A stretch of 63,859 bases of DNA, counting the filler, from Dugesia japonica (lineage: Eukaryota): the NCBI GenBank assembly GCA_001938525.1. It is 4 parts of 4 records of this genome, joined end to end, with 100 filler letters (N's around TTAATTAATTAA, not from the genome) between each part and the next. Parts side by side here need not be neighbours in the genome. Positions count along the whole stretch, not along the records: positions 28,548 to 55,301 come from MQRL01584283.1; positions 55,402 to 63,859 come from MQRL01539759.1; 2 more parts are not named here. One strand, written 5' to 3'. Shown in pieces: positions 48,781 through 62,000 of this stretch (the first letter of the stretch is position 1; every line of letters starts with the position of its first letter). A model generated the notes under the pieces. The model was not told the origin of the DNA. It made no database searches and saw only the letters and a list, made by a program, of their open reading frames with translations. The translations under genes and the position numbers were made by a program.

Positions 48781-51419
48781 TTTTGTAAAACCGAGGAAAG
48801 AATGTGGTAAAGTTAATTTGGCAGAAATTCGGAAGTTATTTGGAATAAATAGAAATGATGGAGGTTGTGTGATGTAATTCTGGGAGCTCGATTTATTTAT
48901 GATTAAAATGTTTAAGGTTCCTTTATGTTATTTCGCCTTTGGTCTGATGTTAATAGTATTTTGTTTGATTTATTATGGCTAATAATTTTTTTATCATACA
49001 TTGAAATTTTGTTATTATTTTTATTCTTTTATTTTTGATCATATGTAAATCCATACTTTTTCGTAATTTAACTAGCTCAAACGAAGTAACATAATTGATT
49101 AAAGTAAAAATTGAGATTCTAAGTAAATTGAATCCGATATAGGATTAAATTGGCATTAGATTCAGTCACATATAATAAGTTACGTATTCGAAACTGATAA
49201 GGAAGTTCTTGGGAGAGCTTCGCACTAGTGGGAACTAGAAAAGATACTACAGAAGCCGGAGAATCAGAACTGATAGGCCGAAGAGACGTTTCATTAATTA
49301 AAATTTTACTATTTGCTTTGAATTGCACTTAACATTGTTATTAAAATTCGATAATTTTTCTTTAACAGAATTATGACTGAATACTACCAGCCGCACATCC
49401 CGTTGGTGCTCACGAATGATGGAGATGAGGGCACGTTCTGGGTTCCCTGGAGGAATACCATGGAGTTGCTGAACGACCAACGAGGAAATTATGAGAAGAA
49501 AACTGAGCTGCTCCATAAAGAAGGACAATTGGTGACAAAATTCCGGAATGTGAAATGACAGTTGGCCAATACCCAGGCTATGTTTCATCTATGTCAGCAG
49601 GAGAATAAACAGCTTCGCCAAGGGCTTAAGAATGTCAAGGAAAGCACGGTTGCCTTAATTCAACAGAGAATAAAGCAGGGAGTTTTGCTGGATCAACTCG
49701 AGGAGCATGTTTTGGTCGTGATACCCGAGGATATCGAGAAGCCCGAGTTGATATCCATGCCAACCATCGTAAAAGTAGAGTCGATGTGTGATGCCTGCCA
49801 TTAACTAATCGATGCAAATAAATACTGCTTAGAAATTGTTGTTATTGAGTTCAATTTTAATAAGAGTATTGATTTGATGTGATATATGTAGGTCACATTA
49901 GTAGTTGAGAGTTTTATACCTGCAGAGGCAGTGTTAGATTTAAATGATTTCATTTAAGTATTATTTATTACTTTTTCATTGCGGATGTAAATGAGGAATG
50001 AATTTTATTTTTGTTGGTCATCTTATCATTATTATTTCTTTAGTGAGTTAAATTTATGTATTTAGTAGATAATTTTGATGATTATTGATTTTTTCATAAT
50101 AATAAATTTTTAAAAATATTAATCTATCGTAAGTAATAATTCATAATTTTTACTGTTTACATGCTTGATGAAACCTATTGTAATTGAATGATATTTAAAA
50201 TTATAGTGAGCAAATCAAATGACGAGAAGGTGTCGAAAAGAGAGATAATAGCAGCGAAGCAACGGTGAAAGGAAATTTTGCAGTTAAAGGAACAATTGAA
50301 CAGGTCCTCGTCAAAATTTACTCAATTAAAGGAAAAGGAGTTGGCACTTCAACAGGCCAACCGCCTTATAGCCGATATTATTAAGATTTATGCCGATCGT
50401 GAGGCCACAATGTTCCACACTCTGCGAACATTGTGATTAAATTACCGATCTCCAGAGGAATCGACCGGAACAATGAACCAGACAGTAGATTTCGATGCCT
50501 AATAACAGATGACGCAATATAAATAACGAAATGAAGGTGGATCCAGTATTTTGATTTTCTTTGTTGAAGTAAAATTACCATATTCAATTTTCACTGAGCG
50601 TGTAAGAGTGATTGCTGTTAGGGTTCATATATTCAGTGTAAGAGACGCGATACCACAAAGTCGCACTGAACCCGTTGAAAGAGGGGCATGACACATAGGT
50701 AACATAAATACTTGTGGTTTTTAGGTATGCCCCTAGATATGTCGATAAAGATAAATTATTAAAAGTGAGATCAGAGAAGCTAAAGAAAAAAAATTTAAAA
50801 CATCAAAATCCTAAAAACCCAACAGTATTATTATTATTATTATTATTATTATATTTGTTGTCTCCTTGGCCTGAATCTGGACTAATGAGATAATTTTCTC
50901 TTAGTCCAGAATTAAGTCCACCTGGTGAAAAACCAGGTCAAAAAAAATTTTAAAAAATAAAGAAAAAAGAAGGAAGTGTGCAGATGTGTGCTCAATTACA
51001 AAATCGAACGATGCATTCACAAATATTATTATTTACAAAATCGAAAAGGGATTCAAAATTTAATTCAAACCGAAGAAGTTATATCGTCAGAGCTGATTGA
51101 AAAATCTATCCAAGGTATTTATTAATGATGTTTACTAAGCCTTTATAATAATAACATTATTACAAATATTTAATGTTTAAATAATTTTAAAATGATTGAT
51201 TACATTGATAATATGGTGAAATTGTGAAAATTGTTTGCATTTTCGATGATTTGTTTTCTTAATTCAGATATAAATAATTATAACTAATTACAATAAATAA
51301 TTGTAATATAATGGTAATAATAATAATAACAATAATAATTATTTTGTTTATTGTGCAAATTACACTTTGTGTAATTATTCACTTTTTTAAAATTTTTAAC
51401 CATTTATCATTGAAATAAA

Positions 51420-51693
51420 AAAAATTAAATATTTTCGAAATTACGAAAATAAACTAAGGCGCAGATCAAAAAAACTTCAAAAAAATGTTTCTTTTTAAAA
51501 TTTTTATTAAACTAACAATCTTATACACAATTTTCTGAAGAAGATAAATTCGAAAATTTGGAAAAAATAAAAAATGTTTTTTGGAAAAGTTTTTGTTAGT
51601 TTAATAAAAATTTTAAGAAAAGAAACATTTTTTTGAAACTTTTTTGATCGACGCCTTAGTTTATTTTCGTAATAATTAAAAATATTTAATTTT
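51420..51693. repeat. Foldback inverted repeat with ~100-bp arms
   Basis: 51420-51518 is the approximate reverse complement of 51593-51693. Confidence 0.8.
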
Positions 51694-51725
51694 TCTAACA
51701 ATAATAATACACCTATACCCCGGTA

Positions 51726-52747
51726 CACCTTTTTTACACGGTTTTAAAAAAACGATATAATATAAAAGTTATACTTGGATAAAAACAGAAGAAAAAATTT
51801 CCATAAAAGTGAATTCACCTATTCTGCATAAATTATTAAGAGATTGGACTTGTTCTTGGTTTAGTGAGTTAAATTTATGTATTTAGTAGATAATTTTAAT
51901 GATTATTGATTTTTTTTATAATAATAAATTTTTACAAATATTAATCTATCGTAAGTAATAATTCATAATTTTTGTAGCAATTTTATAATTCAGTTTAAGC
52001 GTTTTAAAGGCTTCATGATGTGTCAAAAGAAAATAAAAACAAACAAGAAAAAAGAAAAGTAATATCGTTAGAAACTAAAATCAAAATTTTAGATCGGCTG
52101 AGTAAAGGAGAAAGAGTAACAGAGGTGACTAAATCATATTCTATGAATGAAGCGACAATAAGAACTATCAAAAAAAAACGAAATCTCTAGTGATGAAAGT
52201 GAAATCACACCTCTGAAGAAGAAGAGATTAATTATTTGTGACAATGATAATATCGATTTTAATTTGTTTTAATATCAGTACCTTAAAAATTTTAATTATC
52301 TTTTGTTCCTTAGATATTACTTTTTATTTTTATAATATCATGAATTGATTTTTTTACAATTGCAATTATTGCGAGAATAATTGTTGGACATAACCATTGA
52401 TCGGTTTATAGAATTCATTTAATATAAAAGCTTAGATCAAAATTTTGGTTTTATCTATTGATATTGTATAACAAATCGATATTTCGACCTTGTCTTATTC
52501 AGGAAATGGACTAAAAAGTCAATTCCTGACGAAGACAAGGTCGAAATATCGATTTGTTATNCAATATCAATAAATAAAACCAAAATTTTGATCTAAGCTT
52601 TTATATTAAATGAATTAATTTGTTATTTTTCTTATATATTTTTTATTTACGCTTAATTAAATGTTGAAATTATCCATATTTTAGTGTTTTTTCGATTTAC
52701 ACAATTTTCTAAGGAACCGATCTTCCGTGTAAATCGGGGGAAAGGTG
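51726..52747 (+). mobile_element. Tigger/pogo-derived remnant
   Basis: HTH-psq fragment KKRKVISLETKIKILDRL.KGE....V...YSMNEATIRTIKK at ~52035-52180; weak TIRs CACCTTT..TTACACGG. Confidence 0.55.
52521..52555 (+). ncRNA. Minimal type I hammerhead ribozyme motif (Penelope-like pLTR)
   Basis: AATTC-CTGACGA-A-GAC AAG GTC-GAAA-TA-TC-GATTT: conserved core, 3-bp stem II, stem I pairing. Confidence 0.65.
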
Positions 52748-53665
52748 AACTAATAATGATAAAAAAATCGAATTCATAATGTAAAATTTTAATAATTTTT
52801 TATAATTTACTAATACAATAACAAAACATTCCATACATTCAAAAATAAATAATCTTTCTACAACATTCTAACAATAAAATCCCAGGCACCATACACTACT
52901 ATACTGTCATCTCCCTTGAATTTTTTTGTTTTTCTAAATTAATATTGGTGTTTTAGCCCAGCAATATGAATAAATTTAATTATGTTATACTTGTTGAAGT
53001 ATACGGAGATTAGACATAATTGGTCTGATTTCATTAAAATAAGAAAAAGCTTCGATCAAAATAAAATTTATTTGAACTTTTTTACAAATAAATTTTATTT
53101 TGATCGAAGCTTTTTCTTATTTTAATGAAATCTCAAATGCGATCAATGGTTAATTGTCCAACAATTATTCTCACAAAATTTTTAATTATATAATTGGTCT
53201 GATTCATCATTGCACTAAGTACGTGACACTGGTAGAATTAAACAAGCAGGATGAGACAATTAGAAAACACATTTGGAAGCATTGGGTTCTAAAGTTTGGA
53301 TACTCGAAAAAGATTTAATTATATTGTGGCAAATATTTGAACAAAGATTGAATATCGTGTGACAAATGGTGAGCACGGAATGGTGTGTACGGAATAAAGT
53401 GATAATGCCATATAAATGATAAATAAATAAAACAACTCTCGACCTAATATGATCAATCCTAATTGTTCTGATTTGAAGTTGGAATGCACGAAAGAAAAAA
53501 AAATGACTCCAACTTGAAAGTTAAGTAAAATTAAATGAAACGTGATTATAAAAGAAATCTGAAGTAAAAAATAAATCTTATAAAGTAAAATCAAATAAGT
53601 AGTGATTTGACAATACACTGATGTATAAAAGCAGAAAATTGTGTGAAAGAAATAATGATCTAACG

Positions 53666-54004
53666 CAGTGAAGGCAAAGTGCGGCTCTTTGGTTCCTTAA
53701 GTGCGGCTCTGAAACAAATATTCACGGAAGGCGCAATAAATTTTCATTGAGAAAAACACGCAAAAAATCACATCTGTATTTGATAAATTAAAATTCTTCT
53801 ATAAATCGAGAACATGTATTAATTTTTCTTTAACATTGTTCGAATTAATAAATATTATTAAGTGTGAAATTTAGTTTTATTTAGTGTAAGACTTATTTTT
53901 TGTAATAAAATTCTACTAAACAAGCAGATTTGGCTCACAATTCTTTTTAAAATTGTTGCAATGTCGAAATTTGGCTCTTTGGCTAAAAAGTTTGCCGATC
54001 ACTG
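53666..54004. mobile_element. hAT MITE (~340 bp)
   Basis: TIRs CAGTGAAGGCAAA / TTTGCCGATCACTG; 8-bp TSD ATCTAACG / GTCTAACG (7 of 8 match). Confidence 0.8.
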
Positions 54005-54274
54005 GTCTAACGTATAAATGGGATAAATTGAATGTTGGAATATGATAATTGAGATCAAGAGGAAAGTTAAAAAGCCCAAGAGTGTAATAACGAAATATGT
54101 AATGATAGGACTATGAGTGATTTCTGTCGTTTCTTTGTTGAGTAATATGTTACGAATCGATTGTGAAGTTATTGGCATGCATTTTCAAGTATAAAATAAA
54201 TTAATAACAAAATTGAGTCATTTAATATAAAAGCTTTGATCGAAATTTTGGTTTTTTTATTGATATTGGATAAC

Positions 54275-54309
54275 AAATCGATATTTCGACCTTGTCTTCG
54301 TCAGGAATT
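54275..54309 (-). ncRNA. Second hammerhead motif copy
   Basis: Exact reverse complement of 52521-52555. Confidence 0.65.
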
Positions 54310-54673
54310 GATTTTTTAAAATTTATTCAAGATTTATACGCAGAACAAGAGTTAAGGAACATTTGAAACAAAAAAAAAATGAAGTCTTCAAACACTTTCA
54401 ACACAAACATAGAATTTCACCAGAACAACATCACATTACATAGAAAACACTAGNNNNNNNNNNNNNNNNNNNNNNNNNNNNNNNNNNNNNNNNNNNNNNN
54501 NNNNNNNNNNNNNNNNNNNNNNNNNNNNNNNNNNNNNNNNNNNNNNNNNATTAAATTAAATAATTAAATATAAAATAAGAATTAAAATTAACCAATTAAA
54601 ATTTAATAAAAATAAATTATTATTAAAAATTATTACTTTTATAAACATAAATCTTGAATAAATTAAAAAAGTC

Positions 54674-54708
54674 AATTCCTGACGAAGACAAGGTCGATAT
54701 ATCGAATT
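54674..54708 (+). ncRNA. Third hammerhead motif copy (GAAA mutated to GATA)
   Basis: AATTCCTGACGAAGACAAGGTCGATATATCGAATT. Confidence 0.5.
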
Positions 54709-54836
54709 TTTATCCAATATCAATAAATAAAACCAAAATTTCGATCAAAGCTTTTGTATAAAATGAATTCTATTAAACGATCAATAGTTATGTCAAACAA
54801 TTATTCTTAATTGCAATTGTAAAATTGAGTTTGTAA

Positions 54837-55301
54837 AATAATAATAATAATAATAATAATATTAATAATAAAAATAATAATTATAATAATAATAATAATA
54901 ATATTAATAATAAAAATAATAATGTTGGGGTCATAAGTGATATGGCTAAAAAAATATATCACTCACAACCCTCAAACTGGGATTTAAATACCCGTCCTGA
55001 TAATCAGGAAATATATTAATAAAGACCATAGTTAATATCCAGGAATTTCTAATAACCAGTGGCCTAAAGTAAAACTCTAAGAACGTGAATAATAGTAGTT
55101 ATCTATATTAATAATGGACGTTGGTTTTTACAATGTGAATGTTAATAAGTAAAATAATCCCGTAATAATAATAATGTCAAAATCTTACTAATAGTAATAA
55201 TAGTAGTATGGCCATATAAGATTAACTATAATAATAATAATAATAATAACAATAATAATAATAATAATAATAATAATTATAATAATAACAATAATAATAA
55301 T
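54837..55301. repeat. (AAT)n microsatellite tracts
   Basis: Direct reading at 54837-54922 and 55231-55301. Confidence 0.9.
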
Positions 55302-55401
55302 NNNNNNNNNNNNNNNNNNNNNNNNNNNNNNNNNNNNNNNNNNNNTTAATTAATTAANNNNNNNNNNNNNNNNNNNNNNNNNNNNNNNNNNNNNNNNNNN
55401 N

Positions 55402-55468
55402 CCCCCCTGGGGGGAGGGGGGGTCTGCCCAGTGCCATGAATGTGCTAATGCGCTACTATCCCCCTACT
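55402..55468 (-). mobile_element. AGTAG-family element terminus abutting the P2 fibre gene
   Basis: Reverse complement AGTAGGGGGATAGTAGCGCA..GCACATTCATGGCACTGGGCAGACCCCCCC resembles 27601-27660. Confidence 0.6.
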
Positions 55469-56350
55469 TAAAAAATTTATTTTATTAGTTTGTATAAAAT
55501 AATATGGTAAGTAATTATCAATTACTTCTCTTATACTTTTATATGATACATCAGAAAGTGTTTCTTTATAAGTGTTAAATAAAACATTAATTCTTTCATC
55601 AAAGATTTTATGGATTCTTANNNNNNNNNNNNNNNNNNNNNNNNNNNNNNNNNNNNNNNNNNNNNNNNNNTCAGAAAGTGTTTCTTTATAAGTGTTAAAT
55701 AAAACATTAATTCTTTCATCAAAGATTTTATGGATTCTTAATTTTACCGGTTTAATTTCACTAAGCACTTTATTAATTTTAAGTTTAAAATCTTCTATAT
55801 TAGATTTAATAACATTAATATAATTTAAATATTCATCAAATGTTTTCTTATCTATATCAAGATGTAATTTCATAATTTTATTATCTAATGTGATAATTTC
55901 TTTTTTAATTTTCCATGACAAATTTTCTTCAATTAATTTTTTTAACATATTAATTAAATCACTTCTTTTAAATGGAAAAAGCACATATTTTATTCTTTTA
56001 ATATCAGAACCCACATTATCAAATGACTCATCATTAGTGGTCTTTGAAAGATTTTTAATTTTAAATTGTAAATAAATTTTATTAATTGTGGATTCATCAA
56101 CTTTTAAAACTTTTGAGAAGATAAATTCATGACTTTGTAATTTATCTTCTAATTGTTTAATATATTTTAAATTAACTGCATCTGTTAAATCTTTAGGGTT
56201 TTCTGTTATTTTTAAAGATGTAATTGTGNCACCTGTTTCATTTACATATTTATTATCATTAATAGCATTTGCCAATCTAATTCTAGCATCAACACGTTTC
56301 ATTATTTGTGCATTGCCTGCTTTATATATACTTTCTCCAAACTTATTCAT
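55469..56350 (-). pseudogene. P2 fibre-like protein, truncated
   Basis: MNKFG..NKYVNETG..LKITENPKDLTDAVNLKY, homologous to 7328-8647. Confidence 0.75.
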
Positions 56351-56759
56351 CTTTATCTATTTCTTTATATAAATTTTTCATTTCTAAAATTATTTCTTCA
56401 AAGTCGCTTCGCTCAATAGAATATAAAAAATAAATACATAAGACACCACAAATTTTAGTGCCAAAATGTTGCACTTGAATTTTATTATAAACTTTTACAT
56501 ACTTTGATATTTCTTCTAAAGGTTTCAATCCAAAAGAATCAAAATAATAACCTTTAGTATAGGCTGTCCAATGTGTACCTTTTTGATTTGTATTTTGATA
56601 ATTAAATATTAAATTTTTATTGTTCGGACCCGAACATATTTCATTCTTCATATAAATTTCTAAAGGCAAATCTAAAAATTCTGCAATTGAATATAAATCA
56701 AAATTTGTAGTTGTATTAATTCCAAATGTTTTTAAGAAATGAATTAAGTTGTATTCCAT
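56343..56759 (-). CDS. P2 adenain-family protease
   Basis: GTHW, YFDSFG, VQHFGTKICG. Confidence 0.92.
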   Translation of the reverse strand: MEYNLIHFLKTFGINTTTNFDLYSIAEFLDLPLEIYMKNEICSGPNNKNLIFNYQNTNQKGTHWTAYTKGYYFDSFGLKPLEEISKYVKVYNKIQVQHFGTKICGVLCIYFLYSIERSDFEEIILEMKNLYKEIDKDE

Positions 56760-56786
56760 TTATTAAATGTTAAATGTAAAATATTA

Positions 56787-57023
56787 TTATATAAAATTAT
56801 TACCAGTTATTGAATTTAAAAAAATATCAAATTCTTCTGTAGAAACTTCTTCTAAAGAAGAAACATCTATAGGTGTAAGTTGTAAATTTTCAATTTCAGG
56901 ATTTTCTGTTGGTGGAAATAACATTAATTCTATAGGCGGTAGTATAATTTGTGGTTCTCTAATAAAACACATCTTTTTTATAAATAAATATTTTAGCGAA
57001 GCCACACAAAGTAAGTTAATCAT
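56787..57023 (-). CDS. P2 small hypothetical protein (78 aa)
   Basis: ATGA overlap with the penton stop codon; fills the gap in a packed gene array; no P1 counterpart. Confidence 0.45.
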   Translation of the reverse strand: MINLLCVASLKYLFIKKMCFIREPQIILPPIELMLFPPTENPEIENLQLTPIDVSSLEEVSTEEFDIFLNSITGNNFI

Positions 57024-57697
57024 AATCTATATTTTCTTAAGTGAACTAAAATAGAAATCATTTCTTGATTAAAATATATTTTGTTAAAGTTTTCATCTAC
57101 AATGTTAAATATTAAACTTGAAATGTAATTTGTATTAATTTTAGAATAAATTGGAAATGATTGCCTTTCAATAATTTTATGCCCAAATGGAACTGTGTTT
57201 ATTGGAAATGAATATAATAAATTTATTTGTTTAGATTCTCCATTTGGAGTTTTTACATAATTATCTTTAACAATATTACAAGCTACATTTATCATGTTAA
57301 TAGGTGAAATGTCAATTTTATTTTCTGAATAATAATTTCCTGGTGGATAGGATTTCACAGAGAAACTGAAAATTTTATGAAAGAAAGATTTATTATCAAA
57401 AGTTACTAATTTTTTATTTTTCATAAAACATTTTGCTGTTGATAAATCTACAGAAACCATTATACCATATTTTTCTAATTTTAATGAAAGGTCTGATACT
57501 TCATATGCTCCTGGTTCTATTGATTGTGGAGTGCCTTCATTAATAAATTTATTATTTAAATTTGTTATGTTAAAAATAATATTATAACATGTAAAACAAA
57601 TTAATNNTAATTCATATTCTGAATCTAATTCTATAAGATCTTTTAAATCTAATTTTAAATTTTGTTCTTTACCAACTACTAAGAATTGATGACTCAT
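57020..57697 (-). CDS. P2 minor capsid protein (penton)
   Basis: Homolog of 11236-11904 (MSHQFLVVGKEQ...VHLRKYRL). Confidence 0.85.
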   Translation of the reverse strand: MSHQFLVVGKEQNLKLDLKDLIELDSEYELXLICFTCYNIIFNITNLNNKFINEGTPQSIEPGAYEVSDLSLKLEKYGIMVSVDLSTAKCFMKNKKLVTFDNKSFFHKIFSFSVKSYPPGNYYSENKIDISPINMINVACNIVKDNYVKTPNGESKQINLLYSFPINTVPFGHKIIERQSFPIYSKINTNYISSLIFNIVDENFNKIYFNQEMISILVHLRKYRL

Positions 57698-57774
57698 CTC
57701 TTTATTTATAAATAAATTTTAAGTGTAAAAATCTCTTTGTAAAAATGTTTCATGAAAAATCGGCAAAGCCTCAC

Positions 57775-58640
57775 CTACGGGGGGAAATATTTAGCTTTAT
57801 ATTTATCATAAATCTTGTTAGATATTAAACCCATCATCTTTAATTTTTTACATACTTTTTTAATATCTTCAGATAAATTATCATGACCAGATTTTGTTGC
57901 TGAAATTAATAATGTTAATTTTTCAAATAAATTTAGTGGATTGTATCCTTGTCCTTCTACTTCTTTTTCTGATAAATATTCTGTTTCTGATTTATCTATT
58001 TCTGGTGTTTGTATAACTTTTTCTTTCTTTTTTCTTTTAGGTTTTAATACTGCAAGATCTTCTTTTCTAAATTTATTTTTTAATTTAGTAACATAACGAC
58101 AATGGGTGGGAATAGGAGTAATAAATTTTAAATATGTTTCAATATCTTCATGTGTTTCTGTTCCATCTATATTTCCTAAAATTAATCTAAATATTCCATC
58201 AGTGTATGGCACAACTTCCGATTTAAATAAAAAATTTTTAATATCATCCTCGGAGAATAAATAAATATTATTTTCTTTTAAATTTATTTCCATAAAACTT
58301 TTTATTTTATCAACACCAACAACATTTAATTTTGAAAATTTAGGAATAATTGATTGAGGTAATTTTCCGTCTACATTAACATTTTCAATTGAGTATTCTG
58401 GTATAAATGGAATTATTTTTTCATTTGAAAAGAATTTTGTTAAATCTCTAGTTTCAATTAATTCTGGTTTTATTTGTCCTTTATATGTTTTTTCTATTGC
58501 TGAAATTATTGGTCTTTGCATAACAGATAATTCACTTTGTAGTTCTCTTGACTCAATAACATTTCTACAGAAAAAATCATTATATTTTTGTTGAGCTCTA
58601 ATTAAATCTTGGAATTCTTTAATTCGTTTATAAACTTGTT
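57775..58640 (-). CDS. P2 conserved Polinton protein
   Basis: Homolog of P1 10010-11226 lacking the central insertion; homology extends upstream of 58521 (RIKEFQDLIRAQQKYNDFFCR). Confidence 0.75.
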
Positions 58641-59083
58641 ACGTTCCCATTTTTATTATCGCGATTATAAGGATTTAAATAAAGTCCGTCTCCTTTCACC
58701 ACTACGTGGATTCCATCTTTAAATTTTTTAGTTAATTGTTTTAAGTTATCATCTTCAATAATATTTTTTAAATATTTATGTACAGCAGTTCCTTGATAAG
58801 GATTTAAATATAAGCCGCTACCATCGATTTTATCAATTTCTTTTTTTGTTTTAATAACATTTGCTATTCCAGATGCAATACCAGCAGTACCAGCTAAAGC
58901 GCCAATAATTGCAGGGATTGCAGCAAGAAAAGCAAATCCACCTTCAACTTCTTTTTTCTTCTTAAGTTCTTCTTTTACTTTTTTACTAATATAATAATTT
59001 TTACCATCTATTTTTACAGATTTACATTTTTTGGAATTTATTATTTTTTCTAATTCTTCTTCAGTAGGATTATCATTTGTCAT
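58628..59083 (-). CDS. P2 pX-like protein
   Basis: GGFAFLAAIPAIIGALAG and two GxGLYLNPY motifs. Confidence 0.75.
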   Translation of the reverse strand: MTNDNPTEEELEKIINSKKCKSVKIDGKNYYISKKVKEELKKKKEVEGGFAFLAAIPAIIGALAGTAGIASGIANVIKTKKEIDKIDGSGLYLNPYQGTAVHKYLKNIIEDDNLKQLTKKFKDGIHVVVKGDGLYLNPYNRDNKNGNVTSL

Positions 59084-59086
59084 TTC

Positions 59087-62000
59087 TTAATGTAAAATTT
59101 TATTGTTTATCATGTCTAATCTAAAATGATAAATTAAACATGTTTCACAATAACATTGATTATCATGAGGCCAAGTTGTTGTTCCATTATCTTCAATAAT
59201 TCTTTTATCGCTGTACCCTGTTAAAGCAATTTTCTTTTGGCTAATTAATTTAATATTATGACAATTAGATTTTAATGAATAATTTGTTCCATAAATTATT
59301 TTACTTGAATCTTTTAAAACACTGTCAAATTCTTCCATTCCAATTTTATTGAAAGATTGAACACCTTTATGTTTTTTATTTAATTTAATATTATTATTAT
59401 CTATATATTCATATGCATAACTTTTTGGTTTTATAAAATCACATTTAAGTATTTCAGAATTAGGCATTTCATCCTTCATCTGAAATAAATCATTTCCTGT
59501 TAATCTTTTTAATTTTTCTAAATTATCATTTCCTGTTATCTCAACAAATACTGAATCAGTGTCACTATAGTGAATTTTATAATTATCTTGTCGAACTGCT
59601 GGTTCTAATTGTTTGTATACAAAATTATACATTACTTCTTTTGCATATTCTAAAATAGTAAATCCTAAATATGGAAACTTATCATATTTTAAATTTGTTT
59701 TTCTCATGTGAACTGCTGCCATGTTAGATATTTCTTCATCATCTATTTTAAAAATTTTACTAGTTAAATAACTTGGTTTAGATGTAAACTTTTTAAAATC
59801 TTTGTTAGATCCAACAATTTCAACATTACATCTTTTTCTAATATCTTCTAATGTTTTACCATAAAATGAATTACTCATATCTTTAAAAAATGTTACACCA
59901 AATTCATCTCCATTTCTTTTCGCAATATTTCTTTGTTCAATATTAAAATCTATATAATCTTTTAACCATGGAATTGCTGGCATTTTAAATTTAGAATGTA
60001 TCTTTTTTAATTTCATTCCAAGACTTAAATATAAATCTAATGCTGAACCTAGGATTATATATTTTTCTTTATCAAATTGGTTCATTGTTAATTTAATATT
60101 ATTCTTTGTTAATTTTCTTTTAAATGATTTTTGATAATTACTTAACATGTCATTTGTAATAAGTATTCTGTCAGGTGCTAATGGAAAATATTTAGTTCTG
60201 TCATGAATTTGTGTTGGATATTCTAAATCAACTTCATAAAGATAATTCATTGTGTCAGTTGCTGGTTCATATTCCAACTCATCACATTTGATTATTTCTC
60301 CTGTTGGTAATGGTTTTGTCATGCATGATGCATATAAGGAATTTGCATCTAAATATTTTATGTGAGTTGGTCTTATTAAATTATTAAGATGGTTATCTAA
60401 AAGTTGAATATCACCAGTTAAAATTATATTGATTAAATCTTCTTTTTGTGCTGCATTTAATCTTCTACTTGAATCTCGAAATTTATCATATGAAAATACT
60501 TGACGTTCACCTTCTTCTCCAGAATATCCACCTCTAACTCCNNNNNNNNNTTTTAAAAATGTATCATAAGTTTCAGATTTTGCATATTTCAATTTAACTT
60601 TTGTAAATCTCATTCCTGCTTGCCATGTTAAACCAGATGCTGTATAACAATAACATGGATCTATTTTATAAAAGTTTAAACAAACATTTCTAAAATTTTC
60701 TACATAATCTGCTAGAATTAAAACATCTAATTTCATATAGTGTATTTTCAAAGTTTTCAAAATCATCTAAGAATATTTGATAATCACTGTCAGATATTCC
60801 TTTTTGTTTTAATATACTAAAGAAATCCTCTTTGTTTGGTATAAAAGTATCTTTTAATAATTCAATGACTTCTTGAATATTTTCACCTTTAACATAATCA
60901 TATGGGAAACTTGCTTTTTTAGGTATTAAGTTGAAAGAATTTAATATTTCATGATCTCTTGATTTAGCTAATGTTTCACCCATTTTCTCAACTGTAGTTT
61001 TACATATTTTTAAAGAATCTAGAAATCTAATATTTTTATATTGAAATGAAATATATTGATCTTCAGAGTGTGGAATTATTTTCTTTATTTCTTTTGGATG
61101 CTTCTTTAAAAGTTGTTTNAAAAATAAATGATTATCATAACCCATTGCATTGTGAAAGTAAAATGGTATAAATAAATTTCTTTTACTTTTATCTTGAAAA
61201 TTACAATTCGAATGTGCATAACCACGAAATTCTTCATTAAAATTATTATGATCTAAAACTGGATCATTTAATATTGGATCTTCACAATAATAACATTTTT
61301 CATTTGGAATAAACTCTGGATGGTTTGTTCCTTTATATTCTTTTTGTAACTTGTTAAAAATAACATCTTTAAATTTCATATTAATATCTTCATGAAACTT
61401 TATTAAATCATCAATAACATTTTCACCTGAAAATTCATAATATTTACTTTCCATTAAATCAGGATAATCACTTTTGAAATATATTCCTAAACTTATTGGT
61501 TTTTGAGTATTATCATTTCTTGTGTATGATTCGAAATCTCCATATATTACAAATGGAATTTTATTTTTAAAATAATAATTTTTAAATTCAAAATATTTCT
61601 CTTTTGGAAATACAATATTTGTTGCTTTGTGATGATTGCATTCTTGTTGATGTTTTAATAAAACATTTTTACATGAATATTGATTCATACATCCTAAACA
61701 TAAATGATTATCTTTTTTCACTTCAAATAAAGTTTCCACATTTCTAACTAATACATAATGATTTTTATATATTAACAAATTAAATTTATTTTCTTCTGGA
61801 ATTGGTTTTGATTCATAATGTGAAATGTAAAGTGGTGATATTTTAATTTTCTCATCTAATTCAAAAACATTTATTTTCCAATTATTTAATTTTTCAAATT
61901 TCTTTAAATCTTCAATTGATGATGGAAATTTCATTCCTTCTGTAATTAATTCTGATAAATGTGGAATATAATTACCCACTCTTCTTGCATTATTTTCAAA

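Noticed and set aside
50862-50940. Two hairpins after CTCCTTGGC (motif also at 16967 and inverted near 617) as a possible ribozyme or PBS
   Set aside because: Hammerhead core not properly arranged and no LTR boundary could be defined
17315-55401. Apparent physical clustering of P1, P2 and other Polinton fragments, and the repeated TTAATTAATTAA motif
   Set aside because: The 12-mer is an artificial linker inside N-runs, so adjacency across these joins is not biological evidence
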